The notes: generated by a model from the letters alone, not told the origin. DNA of 64,000 bases from Terriglobia bacterium (GCA_963695545.1 OY968796.1:2176001-2240000); one strand, 5' to 3'; shown: positions 42,836 to 53,337, counted from the first letter of the stretch. Program-made: numbers and translations.

Positions 42836-44149
42836 ATGCGTCATCTGACTTGCTTGCTGGTCCTTGGCGTATTGGTTGTTGCCCACGCGGCTGACGCTCA
42901 AAATCAAGGGGTGTCGGTGGGCGAGGTCGCTGATCGCGCCGAGGCTCAATCGAAGCTCACCACGCCAGGAAGCACGCCCTTTCACTTAAAGGCGACGGTC
43001 TCCCGAAAAGACGATTCGGATTCGCATAACGATCTCACGGCCGAATTAGAAGTTTTCTGGGCGTCCCCTGAAAAGTGGCGTCGCACCATCACGTCCCCGG
43101 GTTTTACGCAAACGCTCATCGTCAATGGAGATGCGATTTCAGAGCAGGATACGGGTGACTACTACCCATTTTGGTTGCGCGAGTATGTGACGGCAATGCT
43201 CGATCCATTACCGATGGTGGAATCGTTGAAACAGATGAACCAACAGATCGCCAAGCCGAGTGGGAACGAGGAAGTGAGTTCGTGCGCACGATTTCGAGAA
43301 AGCGTCGGCGTGCTGCCCGTGCAGAATTCTGTTTTCACGGTGATTTGCTTCGCGGGCTATCGTGGTCTTGTCGATTACGTTGTCTCGCCCTCTTACACAG
43401 TCGATTTCAAGGACTATAAGGACTTCAAAAACAAGCGAGTAGCACGGCATCTCGAAAGTGACGCAGGATCGGGCATTAAGATTGCCGCTGACGTTACGGA
43501 GCTGAGCGAATTAACGAGCGTCGACGAGAGTCTATTCGAAATCTCTCGCCCGACGCCCTCGCAAGCACAATTGCAAAGCATCATCGTAAGTGAGGCCCAT
43601 CTGAGGAACATGACGGTTCAGGATCCCGACATCGTCTGGCCTTCGATCCGCGGCGGAAAGACTACGGGTGTCCTGAGTATTTACGTTTCGATCGACAAAT
43701 CAGGCCACGTTCGGGAGACGTTTCCCTTGAATTCAGACAATCCGGACATGAGCGACGCAGCGGCCGAGCAGTTGAACAAGTGGCAATTCAAGCCGGCTGT
43801 AACCATGGACGGTGCTGCTGTTCAGGTTGAGGGAATTCTGACGTTTGCATACACCACCAAGATCGAAAATCCGGTTGCGACTCTCTCGGATGCGGACGCG
43901 CGCAAGCTAGCGACGAATATAGTCGAACCCCAAATCCCAGCCGGAATTGCTGCCGCGGGAACAACATTCACCGTCTTCGTGCAAGTAGGGACCGATGGGA
44001 AGTTGCTGGGCGTCTCAAATTATAACAACGTGCCCACTCCTCTTTTCCAAGCGGCATATCAAGCCCTGCAGCAATGGCATTTTCAACCGTACGTTAAAGA
44101 CGGTAAGGCGGACGTTTACAACGCCAACATCACATTTCAACTTCACTGA
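42836..44149 (+). CDS. Secreted protein with two TonB C-terminal-like domains
   Basis: Signal peptide; AAEQLNKWQFKP and AYQALQQWHFQPY motifs; codon usage less GC-biased than its neighbours. Confidence 0.75.
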   Translation: MRHLTCLLVLGVLVVAHAADAQNQGVSVGEVADRAEAQSKLTTPGSTPFHLKATVSRKDDSDSHNDLTAELEVFWASPEKWRRTITSPGFTQTLIVNGDAISEQDTGDYYPFWLREYVTAMLDPLPMVESLKQMNQQIAKPSGNEEVSSCARFRESVGVLPVQNSVFTVICFAGYRGLVDYVVSPSYTVDFKDYKDFKNKRVARHLESDAGSGIKIAADVTELSELTSVDESLFEISRPTPSQAQLQSIIVSEAHLRNMTVQDPDIVWPSIRGGKTTGVLSIYVSIDKSGHVRETFPLNSDNPDMSDAAAEQLNKWQFKPAVTMDGAAVQVEGILTFAYTTKIENPVATLSDADARKLATNIVEPQIPAGIAAAGTTFTVFVQVGTDGKLLGVSNYNNVPTPLFQAAYQALQQWHFQPYVKDGKADVYNANITFQLH

Positions 44150-44246
44150 CTTTCTTTCTCCGCGTAAACATTCAGGATTTGCGTACATCGACATCGGGAG
44201 TGATTCCGATTTGAAAACTTCACCCGGAGCAAGCGCGTGACGACCT

Positions 44247-44590
44247 GGTGCCGCCCCTACGGGGCTCGGGAGAGATTATTGCCGCTGGACGACGGCGCGA
44301 AGCCTTCTTCTCTCACGCTCATGCGCCTCGAATTTCTTGGGGAACGACGGAGGGGGATGAGCAGCGCGAAAAAAAGCGACGGAGAGAAACCGGGCGGAGG
44401 CAAGGAGACGAACAGCAGATCCCTCACCACCGTTCGCCAAAATCGGGCGACCGGGTTCGGGATGACGGCGGGAAAAAGAGGCAACGAAAAAAAGCGACGG
44501 TCCCAAAGCCGCGTGCCAGCCTGAAGGCTGGCGCTACACGGGCTAGGACCGAAGGGCTTGCGCAGATGGAGGCCTGAAGGCCTCCGCTAC
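44247..44590. repeat. Cluster of REP-like palindromes
   Basis: GCCCC-TAC-GGGGC; a GTCATCCCGA-type element (44415-44466, minus strand); two GTAGC-stem-TTCA-stem REPs (44515-44537 and 44568-44590). Confidence 0.7.
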
Positions 44591-44609
44591 ATGGAACTGT
44601 CGAGCTCTT

Positions 44610-45632
44610 CTAGTGAACTTCCCAGACGTCGCCGGAGCGCAGGAGTTTGTCGATGTCGCCGGGGCCGCGTTTGGCGGTGACGTCGCGGACTTGGGCGGCC
44701 GTGACGTCTTCGTAGCGCGGCATATTCCATGAGCGGAAAACACCGAGAGGCGTGGGGAAGCCGGGGATGGCGTCCATCTGCGCGAGGACGAAGGCGTAGT
44801 TCGGATTCGGGTTGTGTTCGTCGTGAACCAGCAAATCCTTCTCGGTGATTCCATCGCCTAGCTTGACGACTTCGGGCTCGAGGCCGTTCAGGCGAATGCC
44901 CTTGTCGCGGTTGCGTCCGAAGATCAGCGGCTTGCCGTGCTCGAGTTCCACGACGTGTTCGCTGCGCGCTTCTTTTTCGGTGACTTCGTTCCACGCGCCG
45001 TCGTTGAAGATGTTGCAATTCTGCAGAATCTCGACGTAGGCTGCGCCGCGATGCGCCGCGGTTTTGCGCAGAGTTTCTTTGAGGTGAACCTGAAAGACGT
45101 CCACGGAGCGCGCGACGAACGTGGCTCCGGCGCCGATCGCGAGAGCCAGCGGATCAAAGGGCCGGTCGGCGGTGCCGAACGGAGTGGACTTGGTCTTCTT
45201 GCCGATTTCCGAGGTCGGCGAATATTGGCCTTTGGTGAGGCCGTAGATGCGATTGTTGAACATCAGAACTTTGATTCCCACGTTGCGGCGCAGCATGTGG
45301 ATGGTGTGATTGCCGCCGATGGCGAGCGAATCGCCGTCGCCGGTGGCGACCCAGACTTCAAGGTCCGGGCGCGCGATCTTGATTCCGGTGGCCACGGCGG
45401 GTGCGCGGCCGTGAATCGAATGAAAGCCGTAGGTGTTCATGTAATAGGGGAACCGGCTGGAGCAGCCGATTCCGGAGACCACCACGAATTGCTCGCGCGG
45501 AATCCCGAGTTCGGGGAAAACGGATTGCACGGCGTTCAGGATGGCGTAGTCGCCGCATCCCGGGCACCAGCGCACTTCCTGGTCGGTCTGAAAATCTTTC
45601 TTGGTATAGATCGGCAGTTCGGCGGTGACCAT
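44610..45632 (-). CDS. 2-oxoacid:ferredoxin oxidoreductase beta subunit
   Basis: WCPGCGD, SGIGCSSR, GDGD (TPP-binding), YGLTKGQYSPT. Confidence 0.95.
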   Translation of the reverse strand: MVTAELPIYTKKDFQTDQEVRWCPGCGDYAILNAVQSVFPELGIPREQFVVVSGIGCSSRFPYYMNTYGFHSIHGRAPAVATGIKIARPDLEVWVATGDGDSLAIGGNHTIHMLRRNVGIKVLMFNNRIYGLTKGQYSPTSEIGKKTKSTPFGTADRPFDPLALAIGAGATFVARSVDVFQVHLKETLRKTAAHRGAAYVEILQNCNIFNDGAWNEVTEKEARSEHVVELEHGKPLIFGRNRDKGIRLNGLEPEVVKLGDGITEKDLLVHDEHNPNPNYAFVLAQMDAIPGFPTPLGVFRSWNMPRYEDVTAAQVRDVTAKRGPGDIDKLLRSGDVWEVH

Positions 45633-45736
45633 TTTTCCGTGTCCTCTATGTAGTTCGAATCAAAATCAAATTAAATTCAATTCTCAGATTTCTGCCTGAC
45701 TTTATTTTTCAAACCCAAAAGTCTTGCTTAACGTCA

Positions 45737-47593
45737 CTACCCGAGCAGTTCTTCGATCTTGGCTTCGATCTCGGCCTGCTTGAATGGCCGGCCCTGAATC
45801 TTGTTGTAGCTCTGCGCGTCCACCAAATATTTGGCGCGCAGCACCATGACCAGCTGGCCCATGTTCATTTCCGGAACGAGCACGGTGCGATAGCGGCCCA
45901 GCACTTCGCCGAGATTGCGCGGCAGCGGATTAAGGTGCCGCAGGTGAACATGCCCCACGCGACGGCCCTTGGCGCGCGCTGTGTTTAGGGCCGCGGTGAT
46001 CGCGCCGTAGGTCGAGCCCCAAGCCACGATCAACAGATCGCCATCGGGATCGCCCGAGGGAACCACATCGGGCACCTCGCGCACGATTGCTTCGACTTTG
46101 GCCGCACGCAGGCGCACCATTTTTTCGTGGTTCAGCGGTTCGTAATTGACGTTGCCGGTGACGTCTTGTTTCTCAAGGCCGCCGAGGCGATGTTCGAGGC
46201 CCGGAGTGCCGGGGATCGCCCACGGACGAGAGAGAGTGACGGGATCGCGGCTGTAGGGCTGAAAATTCTCGGGATCGCTGGTGAAATTAACGTGGAATTC
46301 AGGAATCTCGCTGATGCTTGGGATGCGCCACGGTTCGGCGCCGTTGGCGAGATAGCCGTCGGACAGAATGATTACCGGAACCATATATTTGAGCGCGATG
46401 CGGCTGGCTTCCACGGCCATCCAGAAGCAATCGCCAGCGGTAGCCGGCGCGAGCACGGGAACCGGCGCTTCCGAATTGCGACCGTAGAGCGCTTGCAGCA
46501 AATCGGCCTGTTCAGTTTTGGTCGGCAGACCGGTCGAAGGTCCGCCGCGCTGGACATTGCAAATCACGAGAGGCAGTTCGTTGGCTACGGCCAGGCCCAG
46601 CGCCTCGGTCTTCAGCGCCATGCCGGGGCCCGACGTGGTGGTGATCGCCAGATCGCCCGAAAATGATGCGCCGATGGCCGAAGTGATGGCCGCGATTTCA
46701 TCTTCGGCTTGAAACGTGAGCACGCCGAAATTCTTGTAGCCGGAGAGCTCGTGCAAAATGTCGGATGCCGGCGTGATCGGATAAGAGCCAAGGAAAAGTT
46801 TCAGGCCAGCGCGTTGCGCGGCGACTACAAAGCCCATGGCCAGCGCCTGGTTGCCGCTCAAATTGCGGTACACGCCCGGCGCGAGTTTCGCGGGCGGAAT
46901 TTCGTAACTGATCTGAAACGCTTCGGTGGCTTCGCAGTAGGAATATCCGGCCCGCAGCGCGCGCTTATTGGCTTCCACGAGCAGCGGCTTGGCTTTGAAC
47001 TTTTCTTCGAGCCAGCGATAGGTGGAATCCATGGTGCGGTTGTAGAGCCAGTAGCACATGCCCAGCGCAAAAAAGTTCTTGCACCGGTCCATGTTCTTGG
47101 CGTCCATGCCCAAATCCTGGAGCGCCGCGCGCGTGAGGCGCGAAAGCTCGACGGGAAATACGCGGAAACTGTCGAGCGAATGATCCTCGAGGGGATTCGA
47201 GGTCATGCGCGCTTTGCGTAGATCGGTTTCCTTGAAGGCGTCGCTATTGACGATCAGGATGCCGCGGGGTTTCAGGTCCGCCACGTTCATCTTCAGCGCC
47301 GCGGGGTTCATCGCGACCAGCACGTCCACAGCGTCGCCCGGGGTATACACCGTGCCCGAGGCGAAATGAATCTGGAATCCGCTAACGCCGGGTAGCGTCC
47401 CCGCGGGAGCCCGGATTTCGGCCGGGTAGTCGGGGAAGGTCGCCAGGTCGTTGCCGTAGAGCGCGGTGGTGTTCGTGAACTGATTGCCGGTGATTTGCAT
47501 GCCGTCGCCGGAATCGCCCGCGAAACGAATAACGGCCTGGTCGATTTTTTCACGCTTATGTGCGTGGACGTCAGATTCGGTCAGTGTTGCCAT
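45737..47593 (-). CDS. 2-oxoacid:ferredoxin oxidoreductase alpha (gamma-alpha) subunit
   Basis: AGDSGDGMQ, YPITPAS, QAEDEIAA, QRGGPSTGLPTK, EMNMGQ. Confidence 0.95.
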   Translation of the reverse strand: MATLTESDVHAHKREKIDQAVIRFAGDSGDGMQITGNQFTNTTALYGNDLATFPDYPAEIRAPAGTLPGVSGFQIHFASGTVYTPGDAVDVLVAMNPAALKMNVADLKPRGILIVNSDAFKETDLRKARMTSNPLEDHSLDSFRVFPVELSRLTRAALQDLGMDAKNMDRCKNFFALGMCYWLYNRTMDSTYRWLEEKFKAKPLLVEANKRALRAGYSYCEATEAFQISYEIPPAKLAPGVYRNLSGNQALAMGFVVAAQRAGLKLFLGSYPITPASDILHELSGYKNFGVLTFQAEDEIAAITSAIGASFSGDLAITTTSGPGMALKTEALGLAVANELPLVICNVQRGGPSTGLPTKTEQADLLQALYGRNSEAPVPVLAPATAGDCFWMAVEASRIALKYMVPVIILSDGYLANGAEPWRIPSISEIPEFHVNFTSDPENFQPYSRDPVTLSRPWAIPGTPGLEHRLGGLEKQDVTGNVNYEPLNHEKMVRLRAAKVEAIVREVPDVVPSGDPDGDLLIVAWGSTYGAITAALNTARAKGRRVGHVHLRHLNPLPRNLGEVLGRYRTVLVPEMNMGQLVMVLRAKYLVDAQSYNKIQGRPFKQAEIEAKIEELLG

Positions 47594-47981
47594 GATGTCG
47601 GGAGCCCCTATTCCTTTAGATGATGGTATCTACCTAGCGGTCGCTCGCAGAACGGACCCGGCGTCCTGGGGTCAGCGCCTGTCGGAAACATTTCGTTCCG
47701 CACAAGGCACTTAATTCCTTTTAAGGATAGCACAAGCGGCGGCCGCGGAAGCCGCAAAACCCGGCGAGTAATCTTTGCGGTTAACGCGAAAAAGCTAACA
47801 GTGACGTCACGACCGCGCAGAATGGCGCGTATCGCCGCTAGTTCATCCCAGGAACATTGTACGGTAGCGTACGATGAGTGCTGGCTTTGTCTGCGTAACT
47901 TGTATACAGTGGAAGAGGAATCTCCCGCCGGCGAAGAAGTTTCGAGCTGTCCGGGCTGCAAGCAACCAAGTTGGAGGCCGC

Positions 47982-48845
47982 GTGAATCAACCCGCCGTAG
48001 GTGTAATTCGTCCATGGGAACAGCCATTCTGGAAACCGGCGAAAGGCAAATTGGGAGTACTCACCTACCTGGTTCTCATCCACGCTTTGGCAATCGTCGG
48101 CTTGATTCTGTTTCCGCTTCCAAGTCTGAAAGTTTTTCTGATCGCTCTCGGCATTGCCGCAATCGGCGGATTCGGCACAACGGTTTGTTATCATCGGCTG
48201 CTCGCGCATCGCACGCTCAAGCTCAATAAATTCGTGGAACACTTTCTGGTTTTCGGCGCGATGTTCAATGGCGGCGGCGCGCCGGCGAGCTGGGTGGCCT
48301 ATCATCGCCATCATCATTCGCACGTGGAAACGCCGGACGATATTTCGAGTCCGAAACAGGGCGGCTTCTGGTGGTCGCATCTGCGCTGGCTGTATCAATC
48401 CGCGCCGGCCGATAAGCAGCGTTGGTGCCCGGAATTGACGCGCGGTTTTTACAAAGTCTGGATGTTCACCGAAGCGCCGATGCTGATCTTTTCGATTTGC
48501 TTCGGCATCATTTGGGGATGGCAGGGATTTTTCTGGATCGGCGCGATTCGTTTGGTCTACACGCTGCACATGCAGTGCTTCGTCAACAGCATCACGCACC
48601 TGGGTCACGAGGAAGAAGGCGACTCGAGCAAGAACTTGTGGTGGCTCGGTCCGCTGCAACTCACCGCGTGGGGCGAAAACTGGCACAAGAATCACCACTC
48701 GAATGCCGGGTCGGCGCGACTCGGACTGCGCTGGTGGCAGCCGGACATGGGGTGGTATTTGATTGTGGCGCTCGAGGCCGTTGGCCTGGCGAGCGGCGTG
48801 AAGCGGCCGAACATGGCGCGCATCAACAGCCGATCCGGCTCGTAA
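47982..48845 (+). CDS. Acyl-CoA/lipid delta-9-type fatty acid desaturase
   Basis: His boxes HRLLAH, HRHHH, WHKNHH; GTG start after GGAGG. Confidence 0.9.
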   Translation: MNQPAVGVIRPWEQPFWKPAKGKLGVLTYLVLIHALAIVGLILFPLPSLKVFLIALGIAAIGGFGTTVCYHRLLAHRTLKLNKFVEHFLVFGAMFNGGGAPASWVAYHRHHHSHVETPDDISSPKQGGFWWSHLRWLYQSAPADKQRWCPELTRGFYKVWMFTEAPMLIFSICFGIIWGWQGFFWIGAIRLVYTLHMQCFVNSITHLGHEEEGDSSKNLWWLGPLQLTAWGENWHKNHHSNAGSARLGLRWWQPDMGWYLIVALEAVGLASGVKRPNMARINSRSGS

Positions 48846-49097
48846 GCGTTTAACGTCGATTCAATCAACTGCGCGTATTTTGATTCCTCGATCAGCAGAT
48901 ATTTGAACGTCTTGGTTTTGCCGCCACTCGGCAGTCGCTCGGTTTCCAACTGACCTCGCAGCCGAGATCCGCTCGAAACGCTTCAACCTTACATCGCATC
49001 TATGTGAATACCACCTAGCGCCGTCCAACTTGGCGCGGTGCGTAAGCCGGAATGCTCAATCGAGATTAGCGGGCCTTCGCCTGCGGGAGTGCGACCA

Positions 49098-50159
49098 ATG
49101 TCCATACGCGCGCGGCTCGGCTGTGCTCTGCTCGCGTCTTGTTTTTGCGCGGGGATGGCTTCAGGCCAGCAGCCCGGTCCGCGAGCCGAGGCCGGCGCTG
49201 GTACGATCAATCTCGATGTCGTGGTAACGCCGAAGTCCGGGCCGCCGGTCGGCGATCTGCAGCAATCAGACTTCACGCTCTTAGACAACAAGGCTCCGCA
49301 GACCATTACTTCTTTCAAGGTCGTCGATGCACGCGAGGCTCCCATCGAAGTTGTTATCGTGCTCGATGCAGTCAACGACAGTGCTCAAAACCTCGGCTAC
49401 GAACGCACGGAGATCGATAAATTTCTCGAAGCGGATGGAGGCAACCTGGCGCACCCCGTCGCGATTGATGTGGTCACGGATACGGGCATCCAGAGTGTGG
49501 CGAGCTCCTCGAGCGACGGCAACGCGCTGAGCGCCGCTCTGCAGAAGAGCGACATCGGTCTTCGCGACATTGGCCGCGCCGCGGGGTATTGGGGAGCGAC
49601 TGAGCGATTGCAAATTTCGCTCAAGGCGCTGGGTCAGCTTCTTGCGAGCGAGGCCGCGCGTCCGGGGCGAAAATTGGTTTTGTGGGTTTCTCCCGGCTGG
49701 CCTCTTCTAAGCGGCCCTGGCTTGCAGCTCGACGCGAAAGATCAACAACAGCTCTTCTCGAACATCGTCGGCATTTCGACCGACCTTTTGCGGGCCAGCA
49801 TCACGCTCTATAGCATCGATCCTCTGGGAGCTGGGGAATCTACGCTGCGCACCTCGGACTATGAGATGTTCCTTAAAGGCGTCAGCAAGCCGGATCGGGC
49901 GCTTCCGGGGGATCTGGGTCTCGAGGTGATCGCCACGCAGAGTGGCGGCCTGGTGCTCAACTCCGGAAACGATCTCGTGAAGTTCCTGAACGAATGCGTG
50001 TCCGATTCGGCGCCTTACTACGAGATTTCCTTCGCGGCCGCCACGCCTGAGAAGCCGAACGAATATCATCAGCTCGGAATCAAGATCGCGAGGCCCGGCC
50101 TGACCGCGCGCACGCGCGAAGGCTATTACGCGCAACCTCCGTCCGCGCCCGGAAATTAA
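49098..50159 (+). CDS. Secreted VWA domain protein (acidobacterial type)
   Basis: LDVVVT, IVLDAVN, PGRKLVLWVSPG, RTREGYYAQP. Confidence 0.85.
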   Translation: MSIRARLGCALLASCFCAGMASGQQPGPRAEAGAGTINLDVVVTPKSGPPVGDLQQSDFTLLDNKAPQTITSFKVVDAREAPIEVVIVLDAVNDSAQNLGYERTEIDKFLEADGGNLAHPVAIDVVTDTGIQSVASSSSDGNALSAALQKSDIGLRDIGRAAGYWGATERLQISLKALGQLLASEAARPGRKLVLWVSPGWPLLSGPGLQLDAKDQQQLFSNIVGISTDLLRASITLYSIDPLGAGESTLRTSDYEMFLKGVSKPDRALPGDLGLEVIATQSGGLVLNSGNDLVKFLNECVSDSAPYYEISFAAATPEKPNEYHQLGIKIARPGLTARTREGYYAQPPSAPGN

Positions 50160-50186
50160 CGCGACGCGGTTCGATTTTTGGCGGAG

Positions 50187-51284
50187 CTAGCGGCTGGCTG
50201 CCTGGGGCGTGGGCCTGGTCATCAGGTCGACGAATTCCGCGTAGAATTTTTCTTTATCGAGATCTTCCTGCACCTCGACGAGCGCTCCGCCGAGAGTTGG
50301 CTTCTGCGAGAGCGGCCATGCGAGCGTGTCGCCATACGTGGCGCCGTGATCGACGGAGACATCGAGGTAGAATTTTCTGGTGCGCGTAATGATGGTCGGA
50401 TCGAGCCACGCAACCGACGCTATCTCATCCCACATGTAGTATTCCAGCGCGTACTTCGCCACGTACTGCGCGGCCGGAGTTGTTCGCTTCGCGATCTGCG
50501 CGATCAGGGATTTGTCCATCCATGTCTTGATTGAGATGTCGACGGTAGTCGCTTCAATGTGCGCCCACGGCGATCTCAGCACGATTCGCGCCGCTTCCGG
50601 ATCCATCCAGAAGTTGAACTCATGGCGTGGCGTCTTCGCGAATTCCGGATCCTTCGTGATCGGATCGATGCTTCCGCCCATAATCACGAGTTCCTTCGCG
50701 AGCGACGCAAATTCCGGATCGATGGCCTGCGCCAGCGCCAAGTCCGTCAGCGGCCCGGCGGCGAAGATCGTGACTTCGTGCGGATACTGGCGAACCGTGC
50801 GAATCATAAAGTGCGCCGCGTCCTCCTCGGACGGCTTGGTTGTGGGAGCCCCTTCAGCCATCGGAGGAATCACCTGTGGATCGTGATACGGCTGGTTATT
50901 TTTCCACGCACCCTGCCAGATCAGTGGTCCGTAGCGCTTCTCCCACTGCGCCGCTTCTTCGCGGCTATTGAGCAACGGAAACTCCGCGCCGGGATACACG
51001 CGAATGTCCGTGCGACCGATGATTTCGAGCAGCCGGAGTATGTGGGCCACTTCTTCGTCGCGCCACTCGTCGCCCGTCACCACGGCGATTCCCAGCACGT
51101 CCGTGTCCGGCGAATTCACCAGAGCCAGGACGGATTGCATGTTCGATCCGCCCGGCCCTGAACGGTCCTGATCGATGATCACTTTGCGTTTTTCTTGTGC
51201 GAAGACAGGCGAAACGGCCAGGTGAACCGCGGCGGTAGCAGCCAGTGCCGCCAAAGCAAAAAGATTTTGGAGGCTCATTTTCAT
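50187..51284 (-). CDS. Nucleoside hydrolase (IU-NH family), probably exported
   Basis: KVIIDQD, GPLTDLA, IMGGS, EFNFWMDPEAA, MWDE; N-terminal signal peptide. Confidence 0.88.
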   Translation of the reverse strand: MKMSLQNLFALAALAATAAVHLAVSPVFAQEKRKVIIDQDRSGPGGSNMQSVLALVNSPDTDVLGIAVVTGDEWRDEEVAHILRLLEIIGRTDIRVYPGAEFPLLNSREEAAQWEKRYGPLIWQGAWKNNQPYHDPQVIPPMAEGAPTTKPSEEDAAHFMIRTVRQYPHEVTIFAAGPLTDLALAQAIDPEFASLAKELVIMGGSIDPITKDPEFAKTPRHEFNFWMDPEAARIVLRSPWAHIEATTVDISIKTWMDKSLIAQIAKRTTPAAQYVAKYALEYYMWDEIASVAWLDPTIITRTRKFYLDVSVDHGATYGDTLAWPLSQKPTLGGALVEVQEDLDKEKFYAEFVDLMTRPTPQAASR

Positions 51285-51569
51285 TGCGGGATCATACCGG
51301 CGGCCTTACCCGAGGACCATATCATTGATCAGATCGATCGAATTGATTTAGGTGAACCTCTATCCAGCGATGACCCGGCCAGCGCGAGATCTTCTGTGCG
51401 AATCGAGATTCGGATGACCGAATCCCCGCGAACAACGCTGCCTCGTTCCCCCGTGACTAGGCGGGGTTGCGCGCTTGAGGCCCACCTGTCCTTCAGTACG
51501 GCTGGCGTCTAGGGCAACAAGCCAACCACTTGCTTTGCGATGCCCCTGTATCGCTGCAAGAATCAAGTA

Positions 51570-52409
51570 ATGGGAGCACTCGTTCATGTTACGGCTTGGG
51601 AGCGAGTTTCGCTGACAAGACGAATTCCCTGCGCGTTCCTGCGCGTGGCGATTTTGATCTTCATGCTGGCGATTCTGTTCAATCTCCTTGGACCCCCAAC
51701 TGCCATTTTCTTTGCGGCGCGCTGGGAGGCTAGGAGAGACCCAGCAGTGAAGGTCGTCCCTCGACCACTGGCGGATTATTCCGTGTCCAATTCACCAGGG
51801 ACAGAACTGTCGTATTTCGGTTACGAGTTTGAGGTCCCGTGGAGTGGGCCCTTCAAGCAAACGGTATTTGGAAAGGGCGGCATCGTTCAGCTTAGGTTTG
51901 AGTCCGGGCAGTATCTGTCATTCACTGCTCTCACGAATCACGCCGGCCTGCTAACCGAAATTGTTCAGGACAACTCCATGAATTTTCAGTGGCTGCAGCC
52001 CGTCTTTGGCGATTTGCTGAATCGTTCAGCGTACGACCAATACGCCGCAATGCTGAACACGACACCGCAAAGCATTCGAGCCTTCGGGCCGCGAGCGGAT
52101 GCGGCACGCGGCATGATTCTTCTAACATTCAAGGCAATCGCTACCAGTCCGCAGCTGACGACCGGCGTATTCTCGTTTGAATTGCCAGACAAGCGGGGAT
52201 TTGAGACGGGAGATCCACGAAAATCAAGACGCATTGACCTTGAAATTTTCGGTACCGGAGGAGACGACGTCGAGATTGCCTGCACGACGTGGAAAGACAG
52301 CGTTCGGTTCTCGCAACCGGAGCTCAATCGGATTCTCACAAGCTTGCACCGGCTGCCAGCAGACTCCTCCGTAACGTCCTCCGCAAGCATCGCCGCACCG
52401 CTGAATTGA
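51570..52409 (+). CDS. Hypothetical membrane-anchored protein
   Basis: ~280-aa ORF with an N-terminal transmembrane segment; no recognisable motif. Confidence 0.6.
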   Translation: MGALVHVTAWERVSLTRRIPCAFLRVAILIFMLAILFNLLGPPTAIFFAARWEARRDPAVKVVPRPLADYSVSNSPGTELSYFGYEFEVPWSGPFKQTVFGKGGIVQLRFESGQYLSFTALTNHAGLLTEIVQDNSMNFQWLQPVFGDLLNRSAYDQYAAMLNTTPQSIRAFGPRADAARGMILLTFKAIATSPQLTTGVFSFELPDKRGFETGDPRKSRRIDLEIFGTGGDDVEIACTTWKDSVRFSQPELNRILTSLHRLPADSSVTSSASIAAPLN

Positions 52410-52467
52410 ATGAGCAGCGCCGATTGCCGCCTCGCTGAAACGGCCCGCTCGGTGTCGGCAAACGTCC

Positions 52468-52496
52468 TTTACATTCGCCTTCTATTCGCCTAAACT
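52468..52496 (+). promoter_or_regulatory. lexA promoter with direct repeat TTCGCCT-TCTA-TTCGCCT (candidate SOS box)
   Basis: TTTACA-N17-TAAACT with the repeat filling the spacer. Confidence 0.65.
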
Positions 52497-52517
52497 GGTG
52501 GTGGCTGGAGGCGCGCA

Positions 52518-53141
52518 ATGACACTCACCAAACGGCAGAAGCAAGTGCTCGATTTCCTGGTCGGTTTTCACGATAAGCACGGCTATTCGCCGAGTTTCGA
52601 GGAGATGGCGCGATCGCTCAAGCTCACTTCGCTTGCCACGGTGCATAAGCACATCTCGACGCTCGAGCGAAAAGGTTTCATTCGCCGCGGCTACAACCAG
52701 AGCCGCTCGATCGAAGTGATGCAATTGCCGAAGCCAGTGCGCGAGCAGGTGATCGAGCGCCACGCAACCGAGTTACCGCTCCTGGGCCGCATCGCCGCGG
52801 GCCGGCCGCTCGAAGCGGTCGAAGAGAAGGAAACATTTTCGTTGGGCGAATTCGCGCGCGGCGGGAATCGTTTTGTTCTGCAGGTCAAGGGCAATTCGAT
52901 GGTGGAAGATCACATCACGGACGGCGACTTCATCGTCGTGGAGCAAACGCAAGTGGCGAATCCGGGCGAGATCGTCGTTGCGCTTGTCGGCGGCGACGAC
53001 GCCACGCTCAAGCGCTTCTATCGCGAATCGAGCGGGAAAATCCGCTTGCAGCCCGCCAATTCCGAAATGCAGCCCACCATCGTCGCTGCGCAGGACGTCA
53101 AGATTCAAGGCCGCGTCGTCGGAGTCCTGCGCAAATACTGA
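52518..53141 (+). CDS. lexA: Transcriptional repressor LexA
   Basis: LTKRQKQVLDF winged helix, GRIAAG cleavage site, GNSM catalytic Ser, TLKR catalytic Lys. Confidence 0.97.
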   Translation: MTLTKRQKQVLDFLVGFHDKHGYSPSFEEMARSLKLTSLATVHKHISTLERKGFIRRGYNQSRSIEVMQLPKPVREQVIERHATELPLLGRIAAGRPLEAVEEKETFSLGEFARGGNRFVLQVKGNSMVEDHITDGDFIVVEQTQVANPGEIVVALVGGDDATLKRFYRESSGKIRLQPANSEMQPTIVAAQDVKIQGRVVGVLRKY

Positions 53142-53337
53142 ACGCGCCGCAGCATTGCGCAGCGTTCATCGAGTGCCCGAGAAGACAGTATGCGAAAGCT
53201 CTCGGGGCCGTGTACCAATCGCGAACACGCCGCCGAAGATTTTCTTGTAGCACTTCACCCCAGAGCATAAATTGAGCGCCACCCCGGTCCAACCGTCACA
53301 TCAAGTGTCGGCGTCTAACGACCGTGGAGGGCCAATC

